64,000 nt of DNA from a bacterium (GTDB lineage Bacteria > Hydrothermota > UBA3073 > JACQXS01 > JAQTXJ01): NCBI GenBank assembly GCA_028716385.1, contig JAQUPX010000004.1:49936-113935 (forward strand), written 5' to 3'. The translations under genes and the position numbers were made by a program. This document shows positions 27,966 through 36,572 of the stretch, piece after piece. Position 1 is the first letter of the stretch. The number at the start of each line of letters is the position of its first letter. The notes beneath the pieces were generated by a model, which worked only from the letters and a program-made list of their open reading frames with translations, did no database searches and was not told the origin of the DNA.

Positions 27966-28046
27966 AATACTGGGAACTTATATTTATTTGTAAATCTGTC
28001 AAGTTTCTTTTTTAAGTTAAAATTCGCAAAGTCATTTTGGAAAAAA

Positions 28047-29759
28047 TTAGGGATTATACGGTACTATCTGCCAGTTGTTCCCGTTATTCAGATATTCAAA
28101 TAAGTAAGTTTTCCTATTAGGATATAGTTTTATGAGTTTAGCATTATTTTTACTTTCCAAATCCTCCGCATACATAACGTCGCCGTTTTCAATTATGGCG
28201 TCATTCTTGCAAATTACGGATAGATAATTATACCTTCTAAGCGTTACCGTTTTTTCATCACTGCCCAGAGGGTCTTTTATAAAAACTATTGCATTATGGA
28301 TGTTTCGGTTAATTACTTCATTATAACAGTTGTTATTTGTCCCCCATACTTTGAACACTTTGGTCGCATTTGGTATATAAGAAAAAATACCTATTAAAAA
28401 TAATAACGTAACCATTCCCCTTATATTCGGGGTAAGGGATTCAAGTTTTACTGCAGTAATAATTACTAATAAAGGTATAATTTCGTAGTAATAATGAGGT
28501 CCTGTCGGAGTATTCCCGTGCGCCCAGAAAAAGCCCATAAATATTATAGAAAGCTCGATTATGCCCATAAACATCCATTCAAAACCTGTTTTTTTATTCT
28601 TAAATACCCATAAAGCTACAAAGACAAGGGATAGCAACGGCCAACCGAATAGATGTAACGAAATCGTAAAAATGTTATATATTAAATTCACGATAGCTTT
28701 TAATAAAGAATGCCCTTCCATATTAACGGAAAGAGAACCGATATCCGTGCCAAAACCTGCGATATTTAATTTAGCGAATTCGCACAAAGAATAACCGTAA
28801 TGTAAAGGATGTCCGGTAAGGCTAAAATTATCATACAACTGGAAAACCAATAATGGCAAAAATCCCGTGATAAATAAAATAGCTGTTCCCTTATTTAATT
28901 GTTTTTTGTATTCCATTATAATAATAAATACCAGTGAGGATAGGAAAAAAGCAAAAGGTAATGTTGGTCTTGATAAAAAAGCAATGCTTATGGCGAAGCC
29001 CGATAACAGGGCGAGATACCATTGAGATTTTTTATTAAAAAGTTTTATGATTAGAAACAATCCGAGTAATGAGAACAATGCGCTTGAGTTCTGGTTTAGG
29101 AATGATGCGGAAAAGAACAAAAATGCAGGCGATAAAAGCAGGAATACTGCTCCCGTGCGTGCAGTAAAAGGTGTATATAAGTTTTTGAGCAAGAAATATA
29201 AAACCAGCAATAAAAAAGCGCCTATTAAAGGACAAATTATCCAGGGGGCTTTGATTAGAAATCCTAAAAGCAGGAGAAACGGGTGTCCCGGCGCGGGCAT
29301 AGAAAAGAACCTTCCGTTATTGTTGACCATATTGAACCCGTCAAAAAATTCGGGATATGCCTGAGAAGGTACCCATCTTTTACCCGTTAGGAATATTTGA
29401 GCCTGTTTGTATACGGCGGTGTCGTCTTCTTTTGGATAATGGTTGTAGCATTTCCATGATATGAAGTTTGTAGCCAATAGAGATAGCAAGACAATTCCGA
29501 TAAGAAAATGAGTTTCTTTTATTTTCATAATATGATTTTTGTAGTCCAGAAATTTTCGGATAGGGGTAATGAAATAGAGAATAACGGCGACAGGCAGAAG
29601 CAGAATTATATGTTTTAACTGTTCAAGATAAAAGGAAATTATTATATGATTTAAGAAGGCGAATCTTTTTATTAAAATTGGAATAATTGTGTATATGGAG
29701 AAAGAAAGGATTGTAACTAATAGTATTAGGAGTATGTTTTTAGATAGCCCTTTTTTCAT
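28047..29759 (-). CDS. Polytopic membrane protein, probable ArnT/PMT-like (GT39/GT83-type) glycosyltransferase
   Basis: More than 10 predicted TM segments, early loop with DD-containing motif (YPKEDDTAVYKQAQIF), about 110-aa soluble C-terminus. Family call tentative. Confidence 0.4.
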   Translation of the reverse strand: MKKGLSKNILLILLVTILSFSIYTIIPILIKRFAFLNHIIISFYLEQLKHIILLLPVAVILYFITPIRKFLDYKNHIMKIKETHFLIGIVLLSLLATNFISWKCYNHYPKEDDTAVYKQAQIFLTGKRWVPSQAYPEFFDGFNMVNNNGRFFSMPAPGHPFLLLLGFLIKAPWIICPLIGAFLLLVLYFLLKNLYTPFTARTGAVFLLLSPAFLFFSASFLNQNSSALFSLLGLFLIIKLFNKKSQWYLALLSGFAISIAFLSRPTLPFAFFLSSLVFIIIMEYKKQLNKGTAILFITGFLPLLVFQLYDNFSLTGHPLHYGYSLCEFAKLNIAGFGTDIGSLSVNMEGHSLLKAIVNLIYNIFTISLHLFGWPLLSLVFVALWVFKNKKTGFEWMFMGIIELSIIFMGFFWAHGNTPTGPHYYYEIIPLLVIITAVKLESLTPNIRGMVTLLFLIGIFSYIPNATKVFKVWGTNNNCYNEVINRNIHNAIVFIKDPLGSDEKTVTLRRYNYLSVICKNDAIIENGDVMYAEDLESKNNAKLIKLYPNRKTYLFEYLNNGNNWQIVPYNP

Positions 29760-29771
29760 AACCTATCGGTA

Positions 29772-29799
29772 ATAGTATTTTTTAAGTTAGTTTTGTCAA
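29772..29799 (-). promoter_or_regulatory. Putative promoter of the 28047..29759 gene (TTGACA-N16-TACTAT), near-leaderless
   Basis: Only 12 nt between the -10 and the ATG, with no SD. Confidence 0.4.
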
Positions 29800-29896
29800 A
29801 TTAAAAATACAGCATTGGTTACAATACCAACTTGCTATGTGCGAAGTTTCCCGTAGGGACAAAATACTCAGAATGGATAATTTGCCCCTCCCTTTG

Positions 29897-29920
29897 TCAT
29901 TCCCGCGAAAGCGGGAATCC
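29897..29920. repeat. GC-rich palindromic unit GTCATTCCCGCGAAAGCGGGAATCC (REP-like)
   Basis: 8-bp stem ATTCCCGC/GCGGGAAT with a GAAA loop, in an otherwise AT-rich spacer. Confidence 0.6.
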
Positions 29921-30007
29921 ATTTTGTTAGCTTATTTGTTCGCTTCTGTCAGAGCGCTCTTCTATAAAATAATAAAGCAGTTTTTATAACAGATATAAAA
30001 AAAGGAA

Positions 30008-30035
30008 TTGACTTTTACGAATAAAGCATTAACAT
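30008..30035 (+). promoter_or_regulatory. Putative promoter (TTGACT-N16-TAACAT) upstream of the small basic ORF / pfkA
   Basis: Hexamers 35 nt upstream of the ATG at 30070. Confidence 0.35.
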
Positions 30036-30069
30036 AACAAAATCAGGATAAAATAGCAGGGGGATAATA

Positions 30070-30231
30070 ATGAGAAGAACACATATGGAGAGAAGCCGCA
30101 GGCACAACAGAAGAACATGGAGAAGGCTAAGTACCAGACTGAAACCTTCAGCCAATGATTTGAAAACAGAGAAATTCCAGGGAGTTCTGAGAAAACTGCA
30201 TGAAGCGGAAAAAGCAGAGATAAAGAACTAA
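30070..30231 (+). CDS. Candidate 53-aa arginine-rich small protein (MRRTHMERSRRHNRRTWRRL...)
   Basis: Not in the track (<60 aa). Preceded by a TTGACT-N16-TAACAT promoter-like site and GCAGGGGGA SD. However, it lies in a T-poor tract where open frames arise by composition. Confidence 0.25.
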   Translation: MRRTHMERSRRHNRRTWRRLSTRLKPSANDLKTEKFQGVLRKLHEAEKAEIKN

Positions 30232-30295
30232 AGGCTCTCAATTTTTAATAAGTACACTCAACTAAGTAATAAAATTTTCCTAATTTCTATTAAAA

Positions 30296-31264
30296 ATGGT
30301 TAATATCAAAAAAATAGGTATTTTGACTCGTGACTGTGCAGGTGTAAATGCCGCTATAAGAGCAATCGTAAGAACGGCATGCGCTTATGATATGGAAATC
30401 GTTGGTATAATGAGAGGGTATGAAGGTTTGATAAACAATGAGATTATACCTCTTTCCAGCCGTTCAGTTTCGGGGATAATTAATTTAGGCGGAACTATTC
30501 TGAAAACTTCCCGTTCCAAGACATTTTGCAGTAGTGAGGGGAGAGCGCAAGCGGCAAAAAACATCAGAGCTAATGGAATAGACGGATTGATTGTCGTGGG
30601 CGGGAACGGTTCGTTAACAGGGGCGCATTTATTAGCCGTTGAACATAATATTCCAGTAATAGGAGTACCTACTACGATTGACAATGACATAAACGGTGTG
30701 GATAATGCGATTGGAGCGGATACTGCAATAAACGTGGCAATAGACGCACTGGATAAGATAAGAGACACGGCGGTTTCTTTGGAAAGAATATTTGTTGTAG
30801 AAGTTATGGGACGCAATTGCGGTTATATAGCTTCAAAAGTTGCATTAGCGGGTGGGTGTGAGGAAGTTTTACTACCGGAAAGAGATTTTAATATGGACAA
30901 TCTTTGTGAAGATATTGAAAAAGCAAGTAAAAAAGGGAAAGTAAGCTGGATAATTATAACGGCGGAAGGCAAAGCAAAAGCTCTTGATATAGTTCAAACG
31001 ATTAAAGAAAAAACGGGTTTTGACATACGGGCGGTAGTACTTGGACATATCCAGAGAGGCGGGCGTCCGACTGCTTTTGACAGGGTACTTGCAGCATATT
31101 ACGGTAATTTTGCCGTTGAACTTTTTAGAAAAGGTGAAATCAACAAGTGTATGCGGTTAGAGAAAAATAATACTATGGTAAGTTTCCCCTTAGAAGAGGC
31201 AATTAAACCCAAAAATATTGAGGTAGAGAAATGCTACGGGTTAATTAAAATCCTTGCAGGTTAG
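30296..31264 (+). CDS. pfkA: ATP-dependent 6-phosphofructokinase
   Basis: KIGILTRDCAGVNAAIRA, VVGGNGSLTGA, PTTIDNDI, VMGRNCGYIA, GHIQRGG. Confidence 0.9.
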   Translation: MVNIKKIGILTRDCAGVNAAIRAIVRTACAYDMEIVGIMRGYEGLINNEIIPLSSRSVSGIINLGGTILKTSRSKTFCSSEGRAQAAKNIRANGIDGLIVVGGNGSLTGAHLLAVEHNIPVIGVPTTIDNDINGVDNAIGADTAINVAIDALDKIRDTAVSLERIFVVEVMGRNCGYIASKVALAGGCEEVLLPERDFNMDNLCEDIEKASKKGKVSWIIITAEGKAKALDIVQTIKEKTGFDIRAVVLGHIQRGGRPTAFDRVLAAYYGNFAVELFRKGEINKCMRLEKNNTMVSFPLEEAIKPKNIEVEKCYGLIKILAG

Positions 31265-31306
31265 TATTTTGTGTGAATCGGAAGAAAAGTAAAATCTATA
31301 AAAATA

Positions 31307-31558
31307 ATGAAAAAGGTTATGTTTTGTGGGATGTTATTAATTCCTTTGAATTTGCTTGCGGCAGACGATATTTTTTCAAAAATGGGAAATCTTATTATTC
31401 CTTTTGGAATTATAACATACGGGTTAGTTCTTTTTACGGTTATTTCCGGATTGCGCGGATGGCAGTTTAAGAAACATAAGTTAATTGCAATAATTGCGGT
31501 TAGTTTTGCGACTATTCATGCGGTAATTATCCTTTTGTTGCGTTATGTTGTACAATAG
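31307..31558 (+). CDS. Small membrane protein, unknown function
   Basis: 83 aa, signal-like N-terminus plus two TM helices. No family recognised. Confidence 0.4.
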   Translation: MKKVMFCGMLLIPLNLLAADDIFSKMGNLIIPFGIITYGLVLFTVISGLRGWQFKKHKLIAIIAVSFATIHAVIILLLRYVVQ

Positions 31559-31570
31559 AAAAGGAGAAGA

Positions 31571-31987
31571 ATGAATATATTAAAACCCTTGATAATTAGT
31601 GGTTTATTTTTCAGTATGGTTTTTGCTCCGTTAAAAGCATTTGCGGATCCTCCTAAAAATATTATTATAGAATTTAATATCAACCCCATTACTGGTCAAT
31701 CATACACTTCCCCTGACAGTCCAAAAATATTAAAAGTTAAAGTGGTTCATCCTGTGAAGCCAAACCAACAGAAACATTTTATATCGTATATAAAGGTTTT
31801 TTTGAATAAAGATTTAGTAGTGGAACAACATTTCAAAAGCCAATCCAGTGATTCAGCACAAGAAGTATGTTATTCCTTGATAGATGCAAAAATCGGAGAT
31901 AAAGTACTAACAGAAGCTAAATGCAGTATTTATGGAACGGACAAAAAAGAACTTTTGATATCTGACCCGAAGCAAGGGGAAAGGTAA
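31571..31987 (+). CDS. Secreted protein, unknown function
   Basis: Signal peptide MNILKPLIISGLFFSMVFAPLKAFA. GGAGAAG SD. No family recognised. Confidence 0.45.
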   Translation: MNILKPLIISGLFFSMVFAPLKAFADPPKNIIIEFNINPITGQSYTSPDSPKILKVKVVHPVKPNQQKHFISYIKVFLNKDLVVEQHFKSQSSDSAQEVCYSLIDAKIGDKVLTEAKCSIYGTDKKELLISDPKQGER

Positions 31988-32542
31988 ATGGATGTAAAAC
32001 AAGCAATATCGGAAAGAAGGGCGTATCGTTCGTTTGAGCCTGTGGAAATCACGGAAGAGTTAATTAATAAGTTTGCAGAAAGCGCGGGTTTAGCTCCTTC
32101 GTGTTTCAATAACCAACCGTGGAGGTTTGTATTCGTTTATGATTCGGAGGTGTTAAAAAGTATGCATTCTGCTCTTTCCAAAGGAAATGAATGGGCGCAA
32201 TATGCGTCTATGATAATAGTTGTGTTTGGTAAAAAGGAACTCGACTGTGACATAAAGGGAAGAGAGTATTATTTATTTGATACGGGGATGTCGGTTGGTT
32301 TTATGATGTTAACGGCAACCGAACTTGGACTTGTAGCGCATCCTATCGCGGGTTATAACGAAGATAAGGTTAAGGAAATAGTTGGTATTCCCGTGGATAT
32401 GAAAGTTATAACGCTTATAATGGTAGGAAAACATTCGGAAACAATCAATCCTATTCTTTCGGAGAAGCAGGTCAAGGATGAGAAAAGTCGACCTGATAGG
32501 ATACCATTAGATAAGTTTGTTTATAAAAATAAAGTTGTTTAA
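31988..32542 (+). CDS. Nitroreductase family protein
   Basis: ERRAYRSF, APSCFNNQPWRFVFV, GLVAHPIAGY. The start abuts the upstream stop (TAAATG). Confidence 0.8.
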   Translation: MDVKQAISERRAYRSFEPVEITEELINKFAESAGLAPSCFNNQPWRFVFVYDSEVLKSMHSALSKGNEWAQYASMIIVVFGKKELDCDIKGREYYLFDTGMSVGFMMLTATELGLVAHPIAGYNEDKVKEIVGIPVDMKVITLIMVGKHSETINPILSEKQVKDEKSRPDRIPLDKFVYKNKVV

Positions 32543-32674
32543 ATAAATATTTTTACGATTTTGTTTTGACGAATTCTCATCAATTTTAACCCCTCTTAGT
32601 CACCCCAAAAGCAAAGGATTTTATCCCCTTAATTTTTTGATTCACACAAGGAGTGAAAAAGTTGGCATTAAAGA

Positions 32675-32703
32675 TTGACAAAAATAGGTTTTGAGAATAT
32701 TGA
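32675..32703 (+). promoter_or_regulatory. Sigma-70-like promoter (TTGACA-N17-TATTGA), copy 1 of a duplicated promoter cassette
   Basis: AAAGATTGACAAAAATAGGTTTTGAGAATATTGAGTA is nearly identical to 33538-33574. About 110-nt leader to the 32817 gene. Confidence 0.55.
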
Positions 32704-32816
32704 GTATAAAGATACTTGTTGATGAAAGAAAAGGGAAAATATCCGGTTGAGTTGGATAATCCCGCCAAGGCGGGACTAAGGGGTATTGCCTAAGGGTTTC
32801 TAAGGAGGGGGGAAAA

Positions 32817-33335
32817 ATGAAAACAGATATTTTGCTTTTAATTCTTTGGGGGCTTATGGGAATGGCGCTTTTAGTGTCCGCTGTCTTTAATCGGCCTATT
32901 TCCCATAAATCACTAAACAAACCGATAAAGCTGTTATCAGGAATATCGTTTTTGCTTCCGGTTATACTTTACAGGGGGCATATTCAATATTCGCTTCTCG
33001 GGTTATCTATGGGACTGTTGATTTTTTTATCCGCTCTTTCCTGGAAAGAAGACAAAAAGGACTACAGAACGGCGCATGGAATATTCGGATTGATACTTAT
33101 GGGGTCTTATCTTGTCGACGTAATATTTAAAAACTCGATAACAGCTTTGGTTATATGGATGGGAATGTTTGGAGTGTTGTTTTTATTGTGCGGTATTTTT
33201 AACTGGGGAATAGTTTATAACGATAATAAAAGGGTAGAAAAAAGCAAATTCTTTAGAATAACTGTCGGCATAATCGGAGGGATTTGTTGTGTGGAAACAA
33301 TTGTAGTTCTGGTGTTGTTAACGGGCGCTAAATAA
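32817..33335 (+). CDS. Integral membrane protein, unknown function
   Basis: 172 aa with 5-6 hydrophobic helices. Strong SD TAAGGAGGGGGG. Confidence 0.5.
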   Translation: MKTDILLLILWGLMGMALLVSAVFNRPISHKSLNKPIKLLSGISFLLPVILYRGHIQYSLLGLSMGLLIFLSALSWKEDKKDYRTAHGIFGLILMGSYLVDVIFKNSITALVIWMGMFGVLFLLCGIFNWGIVYNDNKRVEKSKFFRITVGIIGGICCVETIVVLVLLTGAK

Positions 33336-33541
33336 ATAGAGGGGAAATCCCGGGAATACAATACCTGTTGGTATTATAGATGTAATTTGATATTGGTTGA
33401 ATTTTACCACTGCTAAGACCGGGTATCGTTGCCGCAAGATAGGGAAAGGGATTACGAGAGTTTAACCTGCTTTATTGGATAGTTTTTATCTCCAAGTTAG
33501 CATAGAATTTTATCCTCTTTTGATTCACGGGTTTTAAAAGA

Positions 33542-33570
33542 TTGACAAAGGTAAATTTTGAGAATATTAA
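33542..33570 (+). promoter_or_regulatory. Sigma-70-like promoter (TTGACA-N17-TATTAA), copy 2 of the duplicated promoter cassette
   Basis: AAAGATTGACAAAGGTAAATTTTGAGAATATTAAGTA. The upstream block ATTTTATCCTCTTTTGATTCAC is also shared with copy 1. Confidence 0.55.
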
Positions 33571-33600
33571 GTAATTGGTCTGATATAAAAAGTAATTGGA

Positions 33601-34614
33601 GTGATAAGAAAGCATCCGAAAATTTTAATATGGTGTATGCCGATTAATATGAAAAAACATCTTATTATAGGGATAGTATCTTTAATTAGCGCTCTTATAT
33701 TATGTAATTTTACTGAAGACATATCATATAAAATACTTGGGAATGTTTATTTTAAAAGTGTGGTCAGGATAAAAGTTGTGTATGATAGTTTAGGTATTCC
33801 CATTGTAGATTACGGATTGGGTAAGCAAAGGAACCCGGTGACAGTTAGCCAACACGCAATAGAATTTCTTGAGTGTGGAAAAAGGAAGGAATTTATTAAT
33901 TGTGCAAATTGGCTGGTAGATAATTCAAAACCTTTTGGAGAGTATTCTATTTTGGAGTATGAGTTTCCCTGGCCAATCTTTAATTTAACTTCTCCCTGGC
34001 GTTCAGGAATGGCACAGGCTCAATCAATACAAGTGCTAACCAGAGCTTACGATTTTACAAAAGATATTAAGTATTTAAATTGTGCAAAAAAATTGTTGAA
34101 TGCTTTCTTTGTAGAAGTTAAAGATGGGGGCGTTACTTATAAAACAGTAAACAATGGATGGTGGTATGAAGAATATGCAGATGAAGGGTGTACGAAATCG
34201 ATGGTTCTAAACGGCATGATGTTTACAGTTTTAGGAATATATGAATACTATGAATATACCCGGAATTCGGATGCCAAGTATCTTTTTGATCAAGGCATTA
34301 TTAGTTTAAAAGAAAACCTTTATAGATATAATAAAAATGGGTATTCTTATTATGATATTCTTGGACATCCTGCAGGTGCCGGATATCACAATGTCTATAT
34401 TCAATTACTGGATAGTTTATATACCCTTACAAACGAAAAAGTTTTCAAAGAGTACAGTAATATATGGAAAAAATATAAAAAAACTCCTCTTATATTGAGA
34501 ATGATAGAGAAACCTACAAAAGCAGGAATAGCTATCTTTGTTTTTAATTTTTTTATTTTATTTGGATTGCTTGAAATTATAGTAGGGTTGAAAAAAAGAA
34601 AACATATAAACTAG
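33601..34614 (+). CDS. D-glucuronyl C5-epimerase C-terminal-domain-like protein, membrane anchored
   Basis: (alpha/alpha) barrel-like motifs SPWRSGMAQAQSIQVLTRAY, NGMMFTVLGIYEYYEYT, GYHNVYIQLL resemble the C5-epimerase C-terminal family. N- and C-terminal TM helices. True start may be the ATG at 33637 or 33649. Confidence 0.55.
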   Translation: MIRKHPKILIWCMPINMKKHLIIGIVSLISALILCNFTEDISYKILGNVYFKSVVRIKVVYDSLGIPIVDYGLGKQRNPVTVSQHAIEFLECGKRKEFINCANWLVDNSKPFGEYSILEYEFPWPIFNLTSPWRSGMAQAQSIQVLTRAYDFTKDIKYLNCAKKLLNAFFVEVKDGGVTYKTVNNGWWYEEYADEGCTKSMVLNGMMFTVLGIYEYYEYTRNSDAKYLFDQGIISLKENLYRYNKNGYSYYDILGHPAGAGYHNVYIQLLDSLYTLTNEKVFKEYSNIWKKYKKTPLILRMIEKPTKAGIAIFVFNFFILFGLLEIIVGLKKRKHIN

Positions 34615-34661
34615 AGGTCGAATTAATTAGTAAAAGAAGTAATTTCTTATAACCTGAGAAA

Positions 34662-35837
34662 ATGGGAAAGAATATTTTTTGTATATTTTGCGGGATAGTA
34701 TTTGGAGTATTGAATCTCAATGCCAGTTCTGTAAGATTGGATGGAATGGGCGGAGTAGATATTGCAGTAGAAGACGTGGAAAGCGAGATGTCCGATAACC
34801 CGGCTAAATGGCTGGATTTTAATAAACCGGCACTTATGTTTAACGGACTTTATAGTAACTGCAATTATTTTCAAAATTGGGATGAACCTATTAATGACAA
34901 TCAGTATATTACTTTAATATCGTCAAGGCACTATGATTTTAGAAAAATACTTGAAGGCTATGCACTTTATCCTATCAAAAAAGGAGTTCTTGGATTTGGA
35001 TATACAAATTATGCATACAACTACAAAGAATGGGAAGTTGCGTATTATTATACAGATACGCTACGGATAAATGGGTTCATACACACAAGGAAATCGTGCT
35101 CGCAGAGTGTTCATCATTATCCGCTTATTTGCGCAGGGATTAAATTAAAATCAATAAACATCGGTATTATGGCAAAGTCTTGTGTTAATTCAAACTCTAT
35201 ACAAAGTGAATCAACCCAATATAAAAATATTTTGAATTCTTACTCAAATACTAGGTATGTTGCTTACTCTAAATACATATTAGGATTTACTACAAACAAC
35301 ATTAAGAACACTCCTATTGCTGCAAGTTTAACTTTTTCATCCCCTACTATAGAGAGTACTTTACCCATTAAGTGTAAACCTTTCTGGTTTGATAGAACTC
35401 CTTATATTGTTTTTAATTTATTAGTTCGCAGGAAGATTTCAGAACACTTAGTTGTTGGAACAAAAGTAGAGTGTTCCTGGTACCCATGGATCACAGAGAA
35501 TAATGGTTTTGATGGACCCACGGTTCCATTAGGTATCGCTATTTCTCCAGATAGCCAGACGACAATCGGTATGGATGTATATGATTTGCTTATGGTTGGC
35601 AATGATTTTGTCCGTGTTAGGTTTCCCTATTTAGTATTTGGCGGGGAAAAACTTTTAGGCAAATTTGCGCTCCGTTGTGGGGTAGAAGTAGGCAATCGAT
35701 ATTTCGGTTGGGATGATTATGTTTTTGACCCTAAGGTTGGGATTGGGTATCATTTAACGAGCAAGTTAAATTTAGACTTAACGATGGAGCCAATGGATTG
35801 GTATCCATGGAAAATGGCTCTCCAATATAAATTCTAA
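34662..35837 (+). CDS. Hypothetical protein, probable outer-membrane beta-barrel
   Basis: Signal-like N-terminus (IFCIFCGIVFGVLNLNA), aromatic-rich alternating strands, C-terminal MALQYKF. Confidence 0.45.
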   Translation: MGKNIFCIFCGIVFGVLNLNASSVRLDGMGGVDIAVEDVESEMSDNPAKWLDFNKPALMFNGLYSNCNYFQNWDEPINDNQYITLISSRHYDFRKILEGYALYPIKKGVLGFGYTNYAYNYKEWEVAYYYTDTLRINGFIHTRKSCSQSVHHYPLICAGIKLKSINIGIMAKSCVNSNSIQSESTQYKNILNSYSNTRYVAYSKYILGFTTNNIKNTPIAASLTFSSPTIESTLPIKCKPFWFDRTPYIVFNLLVRRKISEHLVVGTKVECSWYPWITENNGFDGPTVPLGIAISPDSQTTIGMDVYDLLMVGNDFVRVRFPYLVFGGEKLLGKFALRCGVEVGNRYFGWDDYVFDPKVGIGYHLTSKLNLDLTMEPMDWYPWKMALQYKF

Positions 35838-35868
35838 ACCATTTTAGTCTCTGTTTTTATGACTTTTC

Positions 35869-35896
35869 TTGACAAGTAAATTATTTAGTATAAATT
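35869..35896 (+). promoter_or_regulatory. Putative promoter of tRNA-Ser (TTGACA-N16-TAAATT)
   Basis: Consensus -35 located 46 nt upstream of the mature tRNA 5' end. Confidence 0.45.
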
Positions 35897-35914
35897 CCAT
35901 ACTAATAAAGTAAT

Positions 35915-36006
35915 GGAGAGATGGCCGAGCGGCTTAAGGCAAACGATTGCTAATCGTTTGTAGGGGTAATTCCTTACCGAGGGTTCGAATCCCTCTCTCT
36001 CCGCCA
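35915..36006 (+). tRNA. tRNA-Ser (anticodon GCT), class II long variable arm, CCA encoded
   Basis: GGAGAGA acceptor, GCCGAGCGG D-loop, anticodon stem AACGA/TCGTT with loop TTGCTAA, long variable arm, GGTTCGAATCCC T-arm, TCTCTCC-G-CCA. Confidence 0.9.
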
Positions 36007-36029
36007 AAAATTGCAAAGCAATTTTTGGC
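36003..36029 (+). terminator. Perfect 12-bp hairpin overlapping the tRNA-Ser 3' end
   Basis: GCCAAAAATTGC-AAA-GCAATTTTTGGC. The 5' arm starts in the tRNA GCCA end. The 3' arm contains a T5 run. Confidence 0.55.
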
Positions 36030-36072
36030 GAGATCCGCTGTTAAGAATTAAATCTATCCGGCAAGCAAAAAA

Positions 36073-36558
36073 TTGAAATCTAAAAAGAGTAAGATATGGT
36101 ATGTTTATGGGGTAAGGTGTTCGGATAGCACTTTATACATAGGTATAACAAATAACTTAAAAGCAAGGATAGAAAAACATAACAAAGGGACCGGGGCGAA
36201 ATATACTCGTTCAAGACGTCCAGTAAAACTTCTTCGTTCCGAAAAATGTCCGGATATAGGTTCTGCGATGAGACGGGAAAGAAAACTGAAAAAAATTGGT
36301 AAAGTTAAAAAGGAATTGTGGGTTAGAGGGGAAAAAATAAGCCCCAGAGTCGCAAAGAAAAATAAAACAAAGAGTATATCAGCGAACCAGAGTATCAGTA
36401 GGAAGAGTATCAGGGAATCAGCAACAAAAACAGAAAACGGAAAGAGTTTTAACCGCGAATTAACGCGAATGAACACGAATAAAAAAATAGAGAGAATAGG
36501 GTCCAAAGTTAAGACGCACAAGAACACAAAGAACGCTAAAAAAAGAAAAGCTGCTTAA
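36073..36558 (+). CDS. GIY-YIG nuclease-domain protein (YhbQ/UPF0213-like) with low-complexity basic tail
   Basis: WYVYGVRCSDSTLYIGITNNLKARIEKHNKG.GAKYTRSRRPVKLL is a GIY-YIG core of about 85 aa. The remaining ~75 aa is read-through into a T-poor repeat tract. TTG start. Confidence 0.7.
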   Translation: MKSKKSKIWYVYGVRCSDSTLYIGITNNLKARIEKHNKGTGAKYTRSRRPVKLLRSEKCPDIGSAMRRERKLKKIGKVKKELWVRGEKISPRVAKKNKTKSISANQSISRKSIRESATKTENGKSFNRELTRMNTNKKIERIGSKVKTHKNTKNAKKRKAA

Positions 36559-36572
36559 TATAGAGAGAACGA

